From: Podarcis muralis
Taxonomy: Eukaryota
Length of the DNA: 64,000 nt
Assembly: GCF_964188315.1 (NCBI RefSeq)
Contig: NC_135665.1
Coordinates: 40,238,001 to 40,302,000 of the forward strand
Direction: 5' to 3'
A model generated the notes under the pieces. That model did no database searches. It was not told where the DNA came from and worked only from the letters and a program-made list of their open reading frames with translations. The position numbers and the translations under genes were made by a program. Position 1 is the stretch's first letter. Each line of letters opens with the position of its first letter. Positions 1 to 10,252 of the stretch are shown one piece after another.

Positions 1-120
1 CACTAGATAAGTTTACATTATATTCAACATGATGTGAAAGTTGACTTCAGATTTATTTGCTTTGCTAAGCACAGATTCCAGAGTGCCAACTCTGTTTATG
101 GTACAGCAGCCTAAGGTGCA

Positions 121-162
<42 letters not shown>

Positions 163-460
163 ATTTATACCCCACCACTCTGGGTGGCTTCCAACACAAT
201 ATTAAAATAACGCATCAAACGTTAAAAGCTTCCCTAAACAGGGCTGCCTTCAGATGTCCTCTAAAAGTCTGGTAGTTGTTGTTGTTTTTGACATCTGGTG
301 GGAGGGCATTCCACAGGGCAGGTGCCACTACCGAGAAGGCCCTCTGCCTGGTTCTCTGTAACTTGGCTTCTCACAGTGAGGGAACCGCCAGAAGGCCCTC
401 AGCACTGGACCTCAGTGTCCGGGTAGAACGATGGGGGTGGAGACACTCCTTCAGATCATC
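121..460 (-). mobile_element. L2-type LINE 3' end with (ATC)n tail
   Basis: Minus strand encodes AFSVVAPALWNALPPDV, typical of the L2 ORF2 C-terminus; (GAT)n run at 121-162 is the tail. Right boundary approximate. Confidence 0.75.
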
Positions 461-899
461 TGTTCAACATAGGCTATGAGAGTGACAAAGGACACAGCAA
501 TTTTTTTGGAACAAAGCCTCTATAAATCTATTGGCAAAAATTATGCCAACATGTTTGCACCTTTTAAAACTATTTTACTTCAGCATCCTTATTAACTTCA
601 GACAAAAAGGCTTTTCATCTATAAAACAATCTTGAAGCCAATAGCAGTTAAAGCTATTACAAGTTATAAAAGATTAGCTTAAGTACTACTAGTTAAAGCC
701 ATTTGCTTAGATCAGTGTTTCCCAACCGGTGTTCCGCGGCACACTAGTGTGCCGCGAGACCTTGCCTGGTGTGCCGTGGGAGGGAGGCGGGCGAGTCGGG
801 CGGCGAGAGGCGGGGCGGCGGCGGCGAGGATCCGCGTCGAGCCGGGGGCGGCTCCGCGGTGGCGGTGCCGAGGTTTCTCTCTCCATTCTCCCCTCACAC

Positions 900-1013
900 A
901 CACACACAGGAAATAACACAGGATCAGCTGACAGGACCCGGCCAATGGGGCGGCGGCGGGGCAGCGCGCGCAAAAGGGAGAAGCGCGAGACAGCGGACGA
1001 GGAGGAGGCCGGC
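900..1013 (+). promoter_or_regulatory. Putative captured RANBP9 proximal promoter/5'UTR (CpG-island-like)
   Basis: CCAAT box 942-946 directly followed by GC box GGGGCGG 947-953; very GC/CpG-rich; runs into GCCGGCATGT start context at 1014. Assignment to the RANBP9 upstream region is inferred from adjacency. Confidence 0.55.
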
Positions 1014-1376
1014 ATGTCCGGGCAGCAGCAGCAACAACAGCAGCAGCAACTCCCGGCGACGGCTCCTCAAGCCCCGGGCAACCCTACTCCCTCACCGGCC
1101 TCGGCCGCCCTCCTGCTCCACCCGCCGCCGCCTCCCCCACCGCCGCCGGCCACCTCGGCCCCGCCGCCGCCCCCTCCTCCGCCCGCTATCGCCGCCACCA
1201 CCACAACAGCCGCCGCCGCCTCAGCTGGGCCCATGCCTGCCGGGAGCGGCGGCGGCAGCAGCAGCAGCAGCGCCCCGGCGCCCTTCCCTCACGGCGGCGA
1301 CCCGGCCCTGAACGAGCAGGAGAAGGAGCTCAAGCGGCGCCTCAAGCGGCTCTACCCGGCCGTGGACGAGCAGGAG
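1014..1376 (+). pseudogene. RANBP9: Captured 5' fragment of RANBP9 (RanBPM) exon 1, 121 codons; frame continues into transposon sequence to TGA at 1524-1526
   Basis: MSGQQQQ...AALLLHPPPPPPPP...[33 protein letters not shown] matches the recalled RANBP9 N-terminus (human ...[40 protein letters not shown]). Homology stops before the SPRY domain. Confidence 0.9.
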
Positions 1377-2846
1377 GAGGAGTTGGAGGAGTCCCTCAGT
1401 CCCTCGCTTTGCTGCCTTCTCCCCCCCCACCACCCCCAAAGCTTGGAGGTTCCCCGGCAAGGGGGAGGGAAAAAAATTGAAACTTACACTTTCGTGCGTC
1501 CCTCCCGGCGTGACGCTGCGCGCTGACGTCACGGGGCTGTAATGGTGGTGTGCCTCGAGATTTTTTTCATCAATCAAGTGTGCCTTTGCCCAAAAAAGGT
1601 TGGGAAACACTGGCTTAGATCAAACCTATGGTTACTTGTTATGAAAACACACCTTGGTGTACCTCAAAATCATGTGCTTCACTTTGCCCTCTCCATATGC
1701 AAGGAGATTGAAACATACTGGTTTCACTTTTTCATAAAGCACAATTTCCTCCTACACCAAAACTCTAGGAACTTTGCTTTGGTCTAACTAAAGCTAGATA
1801 AACATAGGAAGAGCAAACCACATTTTGATAGCCTGTTTTACAAACACAAACAATATATATAATTCTAAAGTTTAAATTGGAGAGAGGTGAAGACATACTT
1901 TGCCTGGGTACAATTTGGTTTAGGACTGGCTCTGCTATTTGTCATCAAGCTCCTGACTGTGAGAGAAGGGTTAAATCTTCCTTTTCCATGCCTTACACAC
2001 ATGCACAATGAAATAAAATTATATAGGAAGTCAGACTATCAGCACAGTAAATTGTTCCTGAGCCCTGCCTTAGTCTGCATCGTATTTTTAGTTTATTATC
2101 CATGTAATGCAAATATACACAAGATGAAAAAACACATAAATGTTAAAATTTAACTCCAATGGGGCATGAATGTTTAGTACCATATTCTTGTTACGCAAGG
2201 ATTTACAAAGCATGGTTGGTTTCATAACTACGTTGCTACTTTCAGCAAACTTAATTTCACAGTACACAAATATTTTGCCTCGCCTCTGTCTTTAAGGGCA
2301 AAAACTGAGCATTTTTTTTAACAGCTTAAATTTATGCCAGAGCTTTGTTTTCAGTTCCAGGGCTATATCCAAAAATGTGTGAAGAAACCTGTATCTTTGT
2401 ATCTGCAGGGTGCATTTGATATATTGAGGAGAAAAGCATTAATGGCTATTTTTGTGACGTATTAAGTGGCAGTTTGTTTCAAAAGAAATAACTGACCATG
2501 CTGATAATTGGGAACACAGGTTGAGAGCTGAAATGTGCATGTTAAACTGATTCAGCCCATGAAGCTAACAGGGCAGAGCCCAGAGGGCAGGCCCATGCAG
2601 GGCTTGTCTTAGGCCTGGGGCAAGAGTCTTGTCCATGAGACGCAGCACCTAATCTGACCTAACGCTACATGCTAGTACAGTGGACGCTTGGATTGTGAAT
2701 GTGATCCATGCGGGATGAACATTTGCAGCGTTTGCAACCCGCAGCGTCTGCGCATGCGCAAAGTGTACTTCCGGTACTTCCGGGTTTCAGCGCATCCGTA
2801 ACCCGAAAAAATGCAACCTGAAGCATCTGTAACCCAAGGTATGACT

Positions 2847-2998
2847 AAACAAAACAAATTCCTTCCAGTAGCACCTTAAAGACCAACTAAGTTAGTTCTT
2901 GGTATGAGCTTTCGTGTGCATGCACACTTCTTCAGATACAGGTATGCACATGAAAGCTCATACCAAGAACTAACTTAGTTGGTCTTTAAGGTGCTACT
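2847..2998. mobile_element. Penelope-like element (PLE) pLTR-derived palindromic mini-insertion
   Basis: Inverted arms matching the termini of the GIY-YIG-bearing PLE at 18025-18590; flanked by the 13-bp duplication CCAAGGTATGACT (2834-2846, 2999-3011). Confidence 0.85.
2902..2939 (-). ncRNA. Minimal type I hammerhead ribozyme motif
   Basis: Minus strand GUAU-CUGAAGA-A-GUGUGCAUGCACAC-GAAA-GCUC-AUAC: stem I (4 bp), CUGANGA core, stem II hairpin, GAAA, palindromic AGCU in place of helix III. Confidence 0.7.
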
Positions 2999-4341
2999 CC
3001 AAGGTATGACTGTACGCAGTAACACAGGTCCAGATTTTACTACTGAAGCCTTGCAATGCAGATGGACAGGCACGGCCATTTCGCCCATTAAGTCCCCAGT
3101 TGTCCCGGGACATTCTTAGCATGACAGTGCAAGTCCAGCAGGCCCCTGGCACCCCCTCCCCCAGCTTAGCCTTCCAATGCCCAGGACAAGTATACCCAGC
3201 TGCTCCCCACTCCTGTATGGGCCTGCCAGAGGGCATTTCTTCTTTTTCTGGGATCCCTTTGGGGGTGAGGGAGAGAGAGAGAGAGAGAGACATCCTTTCC
3301 ATCACCCTTGAAAGTTCCTACTGGACTTTTCCTCTATGAGGATCCCCAAGTCCCTTCAGTCTGTTTATCTCCCAGTTGCTTCCTCATCTGTCCTCTGCTT
3401 GCCTGCCAAGCTATACTGCCTCTTTGCCTTATGGCCTACGTGCCTGGCTTTTAAAAAGCTTACTCACTTGTCTCACACACGAGGGTAATATTCTGAACAG
3501 GGTTATTTTAGAAGTGCCATGTGCTCATGAAACGTAGTTTGACCCTGGTGGTGCCTGCCATATTTTCAAGGTGGCTGGGTTCTCTGTGCCTATATGCCAC
3601 TTTGATTAGTTGCAATTAAAATAATAGTAATAGCCCAAGATTCCCAATCTGCAGTCTTAAACAAATCTTAAAATATTTATAAAGCACACATGAAAATATC
3701 AGAAATAAAGCAAAGAATGGTGCAAAATACTGCAACAGTAATATAGAAATATATATTAAATTCTTTATTCAACAGCTATGTGCTTCACATTTAGATCTCA
3801 ACTGAGCAGAAACACCGTATGACACAAGCATTACCCCCAAGAGAATTTATAGCATGGCAGGGTTTTCAGGTCTCTGGTTATTGTTTAGTTAACATCTAGT
3901 TGGCTGAATCAACATTTATTGAAATGTAAAAACTTCATGAGCTAAGAAGTTAGAACAGATGAAGGCAGGCAATGGCTATATTATTCTGTACACTGCAAAG
4001 TTTCGATGATCCAACTTATTATTACTTTATATATTTATTAACAAGAGTGCATACTGTTTTCACAATGCAGCCACCCCACCCTTCCTGGTGACTTTTGGGG
4101 CTCCGTGGGGACTTTTTCCTTAGCCTGATACTCTCACCGTGGACCCTCGGCAGCTAGGTGGTCTTCGTCGCAGGGAGGCTGAAGCTGCAAAATCTTGCAC
4201 TGAACAGGCAGGTGGGAATGGATGGCCTCCCAAGGACCCTTCAAACTGTGCAAGGAAGGAAGAGGTGGCAGTTGCCCAAGGGCCTGTGGCTTTGTGCCTG
4301 GCTGTGCTTTGCTGGTAGAGTGTTTTTCCTTCACTTTCTAA

Positions 4342-4975
4342 ATCTCATTCATTGCATCAACGACCCAAGTTGCAGAACAAGTTCGAGTCAAGTTCAATCA
4401 GGGGTAGGTAACCTAAGACCCCGGGGCCGGATGCGGCCCAATCACCTTCTCAATCCGGCCCGCGGACGGTCCAGGAATCAGCCTGTTTTCACATGAGTAG
4501 AATGTGTCCTTTTATTTAAAATGAATCTCTGGGTTATTTGTGGGGCCTGCCTGGTGTTTTTACATAGTAGAATGTGTGCATTTATTTAAGATGCATCTCT
4601 GGGTTGTTTGTGGGGCATAGGAGTTCATTCATTTCCCCCCAAAAAATATAGTCCGACCCACCACATGGTTTGAGGGATGGTGGACCGGCACACAGCTGAA
4701 AAAGGTTGCTGACCCCTGAGTTAAATGATGCTGAGAGCACCGTTTCAGTGGAATTCACTCTCACCATTCCTCACTGCAGCATGGCAATGCTAATTGGCCT
4801 TTCGATCAAAGTGAAGATGATCAGATCCCTCCCTAAAAGGTTTAAGGTGGATGTCCACATAACCGCTGGAACACATGCCTCAGAGCATGCAGTAAACAAG
4901 CAACTGACTGACAAAGAGAGAGTGGCGGCTGCCTTGGAAAACAACCACCTGTTGGAAATGGTGAATCAGTGTTTA
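4342..4975 (+). pseudogene. CIAO2B: CIAO2B (FAM96B/MIP18) retrocopy, split by a hAT MITE
   Basis: (N)LIHCINDP..VAEQVRVKFN|[83 protein letters not shown] matches recalled CIAO2B. The coding sequence is contiguous apart from the MITE, and the EHPLTLEELN segment is deleted. Confidence 0.9.
4399..4718. mobile_element. hAT MITE inserted in the CIAO2B retrocopy
   Basis: TIRs CAGGGGTAGGTAACCT / AGGTTGCTGACCCCTG; 8-bp TSD AGTTCAAT (4391-98) / AGTTAAAT (4719-26), 7/8 identical; internal ~70-bp tandem duplication. Confidence 0.9.
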
Positions 4976-7900
4976 CGTAGTTTACTTTGGGAGTTGGGAA
5001 AGATACCCAAATTGCTTGTTCCTGGCATCAATTGGACATATTTCCCTAGCAAATTCTAATATTTATTCTTCTTTCTGTATCTTTTGTCTTGATTTCATGC
5101 TGGAGAAATCAAGCAAACCAAAACAATAATTCCATGCTGAATCGCAAGACTAGGACAAGTTATCCCAAAGAAGCATGATTTTAATTACAGCAGTCAGTTC
5201 CTTAGCAGTTTCCATCTCTAGGCTTTCAATATTTACTGTATGTTAATCCTTTATTTGCAAATACGGAAAAATCTGTCCCTAAAGAGGTATTAAGCCTTGC
5301 ATACATAGCTCCCCTTCTCCTCTGCAATTGTCAACACATGCCATGGAGCACATCATCTACAGCATCCACAATTATAGGTTTACATTTTGCTGCATAGTTT
5401 CCAAAGATGTTGTGATTCATAACAGTCTCTAAGTTGCAATGCTGTGTCAGCTTTCAGGCAACAATCGCCTTATTTTATACAAGCTCATTTCATATTTCTC
5501 ACAGGTACCTCACATAAGCCTATTTGGACATTTCTTCATAGTTTAGAACCCTCTGTGAGTTTGAGGGCAAAGTTTGAAGTGGGGAGCAACTTCTATCTGA
5601 TTCCACGGAGACTCCATGCCTGATTTAAAATCCTGGCTGTGCAGGGTTCTAAATTGCGCAGGGAACGGCCACACAAGAAGAGGGCACTCCCCACTCAGTG
5701 CTCCATCATGAAACTCATGAAGGGCTGTACAGGGAGTGTACACTGTACAGGTGATGTGCTCGAGAGAGCAGAGTTTGACTGTGCACCCCCACTTCTCGCT
5801 TGTTTGCTCATCTTTAAGTATTCAGCAAAGTAGGTTGGCATGTTTTGATTTTTGAAAATGGGTTTTAAAAAAGAAAACAAAAAAATGCAGCAACAAGACA
5901 AACTGATTAGAGGGAGAATTGAAGAGAGAGCTCCAAAGGCATTGCTGAGATTGCTCTATTAGCAGAGGAGAAAATGACATGCAGTACAAAAATTTGCATT
6001 CCACTATATATTCTTAAAATGGAACAAAACACAATTTGTCAGCAAATAACTAAATTTCTGTAACATGCTTTTAAAATCCCACAAGCTACTTTTCATTGTA
6101 CCCTCTATTAATGCATCTTATTGAAAGTTTACATTTACAATTTCATCAAAATGCTGCACTGGTCCATTAAATTTAAATTACTAGCGTAATATTGATTAAT
6201 TTTTATACTGACGAACACTGAGAGTTCTACCTCCCCAAAGTCACGCATCTTGTCACACTGACAGAATTAACCTTAATTATTTCAAAGCAAAAGACCTAGC
6301 ATCACAGCACATATGCAAATCTAAACAGTTAGGGAACTGCCCTTTGATTCAAATGTTACCTTTCAAGCTAGATAAGGCCCAAGTGAGGAACATATGAAAA
6401 ATTAGTGCAGTCAAATTTTAATGATGTGGAAATAATCCTGAAACATCTTATGAGCACTTAAATCTGCCACCAAGTACCTGCTTTGCACATTAACACATTT
6501 CCACTTTTGGACAGGAAGGGGGGGATTTGATTGCAAAGAAGAGGTCTATGGAATGGGTTATATGCATAAACAAAGGAAACAAACTTTTTAAAAAGCTTTC
6601 CTCATATCCCATCATAAATTTAACCTATTTTTGTTTGTAACATTATTAGAAGGGTTTCTAGAAGACTGTGGCTTATGCTGCTCCTGTACAGTTTTTTGTG
6701 TTGTCATTTTGTATTATGTCAACATGACATTTCAGTGAGAATGATACATTTCCTTGGATTTTTAAATATCCTGTTACATAATCTGGAGTACTGCTTGATA
6801 TAGACTTCAGCTGAATATGTGACTAGTAAAATATATGGTGTTATATGATTAGCTGCTATATAAGCCAATTTACTATGTGACAGGGTACACTTGACAGAAT
6901 TAGGCAACCAGCCAATTTTGTACATTGATGCCTTTATGAATAGACAGTTTTCAACAGTATTTCCACCACACACCTCCTTGAGTCGTTATCATATTCTTAT
7001 ACTTTCTATGGATCCATTAAATGACATCCAGCTTCTGCTCTTAGGAGGTGGCCAAAACAGTCCAAAGCTAAAGTTATTTATTCTAAAATATTTATTAAGG
7101 CCATTTTAACAAAAGGAAGCTAAATGGTTAATAATTAATAGCCTAGGAACATTTATTGTCACAAAGAGGGTTTTAACAGTTCACTGTTTCTCAGCCCATT
7201 CAATTTATTTAGTATATTTCTAGGCTGTTCATTGGTAAAATTATTCGGATGCTTCAGAAAATATCAACAGCATACAATAATACTATCATATTCAATTCAC
7301 TGCCTCTACTGATATTACCAATTATGGTCAAATCTTATCATTTTTATGGTGGGAACAGCTGGCTGTTAGCAGCTGGAGTATGCACAAACTTATCTATTAA
7401 GAAAGAATACTTTCATCTTGATATTAAAGAACCTTATCAGGCCGTTCTATATCTTGATAGAAACCAGATTAGACACTTATAGCAGAACAAGAATATGTTG
7501 CTATAAGATTATATAATCTACTATGATTTCCAAGTTGGGCTACAGAGTGAGATTTAAGAATTTTATTGTCTGAGCATCTTGATGGTATCAAACAATTTAG
7601 CTTGGGTGTATATTCTTTTATATCTGTGCTTTATAGTGAACTAACAGGAAAAGACAAAACATGGAAGATTATTTGTAATTAATAAATGTATTTATTTATG
7701 GAATAAATGTATAGACCAACCTCATCCCTGAACATAAAGACTGGGTGGTAGCATGGGGAGCAAGAGATCTTAAAGATAACATGGTCCTAAGTTGTTCATG
7801 GTTTATAAACAATAAGTAAGCATTAAACTTAGCCCAATAGTGTATAGGCAGAAAAGGCCAACTCTTTCAGCAATAGTGATATACTCTGACAAAAGGTCAT

Positions 7901-9697
7901 CATGCAAAGGAACCAACTGCTGCATTTAGCACTGTCTGTAGTTTCTGGAAAGAAACATCCCCAACACAGTGTGTGTTGCAAGCAATCTGATGTTTATTAC
8001 TAAGACATGCACCACTGTGGTCAAGTTATCCTTTTCCTGGAAAGTCCAGAGCTGATATACCAGCTAAAGCTGGCAGAAGATGCAGACACCTGGTCCTCCA
8101 GCAACAAAGCTGAATCTAGGAGCACACACTGTTCTGTTAAGAGTAAAAGCAACCCAATCCAGAACATGTAACTGACCAGCTCCCAGATGTGAGAACCAAC
8201 CATCCAAATAGTTTCTGACTCAGACGTTACAGAAAAAGAGAGCTGTGTGTCATCAGTGTGTCAATGACATCAAGCCAGAAATCACCTAATGCTCTATCCC
8301 AGTAGCTTCATACAGCTATTAAATAGCACCGGAGATAATTGATAGCCCTGCAACATCCACAGCATGATTGCCAAGGGTCCAAAAGGCTGTTCCCCAGTGC
8401 TACAGGTTGGGGAAAACTTTCCACAAAAACTTCCTGTTTATTTTGAGGACCTGCCCTTGCAATTATATTCCAAGGCAATATATTTATATGTCACCCTATC
8501 ATTCTCCTAAACAGAAACAGTTTTGAAAGCTCGGTTACTTTTACATCTTGATACAAGAGTCTTTTTCTTTGGATCTCTCAATTATTTCTATCCCATGTAA
8601 ACACCACACTTTGGCTTTATAATTTGCCATTATTTTTAGGGTGTAAAGTAGGCAAATACTTATGAGTCCTAAATGAACAAACCAGTGAAATCCAATCAAC
8701 AAAAGCCAGTTCCTGGAAACTTGCCCATCACCAAGGAAAACATGGATTCATCTTCCCTGTGACCCAATAAAAATATTATGTTTTATGCATAGGCTCTCTC
8801 TTATGTATTCTCTTTGTTCATAAATGTTTGCAATAAGTTATATATGGAAAGGTGTTGATGTCTTCCCCAATTACAACATTTATTTCATTTCCCCTCTTAA
8901 ATCAAACATTTAAAATAGTATTATGTAGGAAGAAAAATCAAACTTTAATTAGAGCTGCTAAGAACAGTCTGAAATGCGCTGCTCAGGAAAAGAAACATAT
9001 GTGACTGCAACTAAGATTACTTAATATAGACAAGTAACAAATCCTATTGAAGTGTAAAGCAGGGGTACAAAAAGGATGTCACAATAACAAAGGGTGTGAC
9101 ATATTAATGTTGGTTGAAACACACAAGGCACAAATAAGGCCATCTCTTAACATTATGTCCAAAATAAATTGAATCTTCATTCAAACGTTGTTTCTTTTTA
9201 CTGAGAATTTATCAAACTGAAATGTATCAGGTAACAATGAGTTAGGGTTCACACAGGTGACAGGATCTGAGTTCAACCATACCATTCGCATGAGAAAAAT
9301 TATATCTGACCTGGTGCTGTGTGAAATCCCAACATTTAATTTTGGTTCAATTAAATTGCAAAAACCTTCTCATCCCCAACACTGTTTCAAGAATCTAACA
9401 ATGGAAATAGAATGATACAGTTAAGGAATGATGCAATTAAGGATCCCTATAACATCTTTGCTGTCAGAATTCACCAGAGCTGAAGCATTTTCAGGCTTCC
9501 ACCCACACGCTTTCATAACAGCCATATACTGCATCTGCTTTGTTTTGTTCCTTTTAAAAGGATAGCTTAAGTTATTAAGATATGAAACAATCTGACTGGT
9601 ATCTGATTGGGTAGATGGGATGGAGGGAATAGGACTGTAAAAACTTCCTTTCATTAAAAACAAAGTTAAATGCAAATGCAAAACCAAATGTCCCATA

Positions 9698-10002
9698 CAG
9701 TGGTGCCCCGCAAGACGAATGCCTCGCAAGACTAAAACCTCGCTAGACGAAAGGGTTTTCCGTTTTTTGAGTCGTTCCGCAAGACGAATTTCCCTATGGG
9801 CTTGCTTCGCAAGACGAAATGTCTTGCGAGTTCTTGCGAGTTTGTTTCCTTTTTCTTAAAGCCGCTAAGCCGTTAATACCCACTAAGCCGCTAAGCCGTT
9901 AATAGCCGCTAAGCCGCTAATAGCCGTGCTTCGCAAGACGAAAAAACCGCAAGACGAAGAGACTCGCGGAACGGATTAATTTCGTCTTGCGAGGCACCAC
10001 TG
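9698..10002. mobile_element. Tigger/pogo-like MITE (305 bp)
   Basis: TIRs CAGTGGTGCCCCGCAAGACGAA / TTCGTCTTGCGAGGCACCACTG, TA TSD, internal GCAAGACGAA and GCCGCTAAGCC repeats. Confidence 0.9.
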
Positions 10003-10032
10003 TACTGCAGTTGTCCTGTGCCATATACTGTA

Positions 10033-10252
10033 CAGTGGTACCTCAGATTAAGAGCTTAATTCGTTCTGGAGGTCCGTTCTTAAACCGGAAACTGTTCTTA
10101 ACCTGAGGTACCACTTTAGCTAATGGGGCCTCCCGCTGGCGCCACTGCGCAATTTCTGTTCTCATCCTGAAGAAGTTCTTAACCCGAGGTACTATTTCTG
10201 GATTAGCTGAAGCTTCTGTAACCTGAAGCATCTGTAACCCGAGGCACCACTT
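10033..10252. mobile_element. Tigger/pogo-like MITE
   Basis: CAGTGGTACCTC...GAGGCACCACT(T) termini; same family as 25091-25325. Confidence 0.85.

Larger units (their letters stand above)
713..1612. mobile_element. Non-autonomous hAT (Charlie-like) DNA transposon carrying a host gene fragment (Pack-TIR)
   Basis: Perfect 15-bp TIRs CAGTGTTTCCCAACC (713-727) / GGTTGGGAAACACTG (1598-1612); identical 8-bp TSD GCTTAGAT at 705-712 and 1613-1620; subterminal GTGTGCC motifs at both ends; 22-bp palindrome 735-756; no transposase ORF. Confidence 0.95.
2678..3012. mobile_element. Tc1/mariner (Tigger/pogo-like) MITE, interrupted by a Penelope-derived insert
   Basis: TA TSD at 2676-77 and 3013-14; imperfect CAGT.. 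TIRs; internal GTAACCCGA/GTAACCTGA motifs shared with the MITEs at 10033 and 25091. Confidence 0.75.

Noticed and set aside
1014-1376. Functional RANBP9 gene locus
   Set aside because: Exon 1 is broken mid-way and enclosed by hAT TIRs and a TSD; no downstream SPRY-coding exons were found in the window.
707-1610. Other long ORFs overlapping the GC-rich insert (769-1311 +, 707-1015 -, 1221-1610 -)
   Set aside because: Alternative-frame by-products of stop-poor GC-rich sequence; only the 1014 frame matches a known protein.
5543-5901. Overlapping small ORFs in a moderately GC-rich patch
   Set aside because: No protein recognised in any frame and no convincing splice sites; may be a regulatory element, but unsupported.
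6478-6520. Possible MAST4 cassette exon (QKWKC..., phase-2 GTACTT donor)
   Set aside because: Only three residues resemble a recalled mammalian cassette (QKWNC); no acceptor; likely chance. A true orthologue of that cassette was not found.
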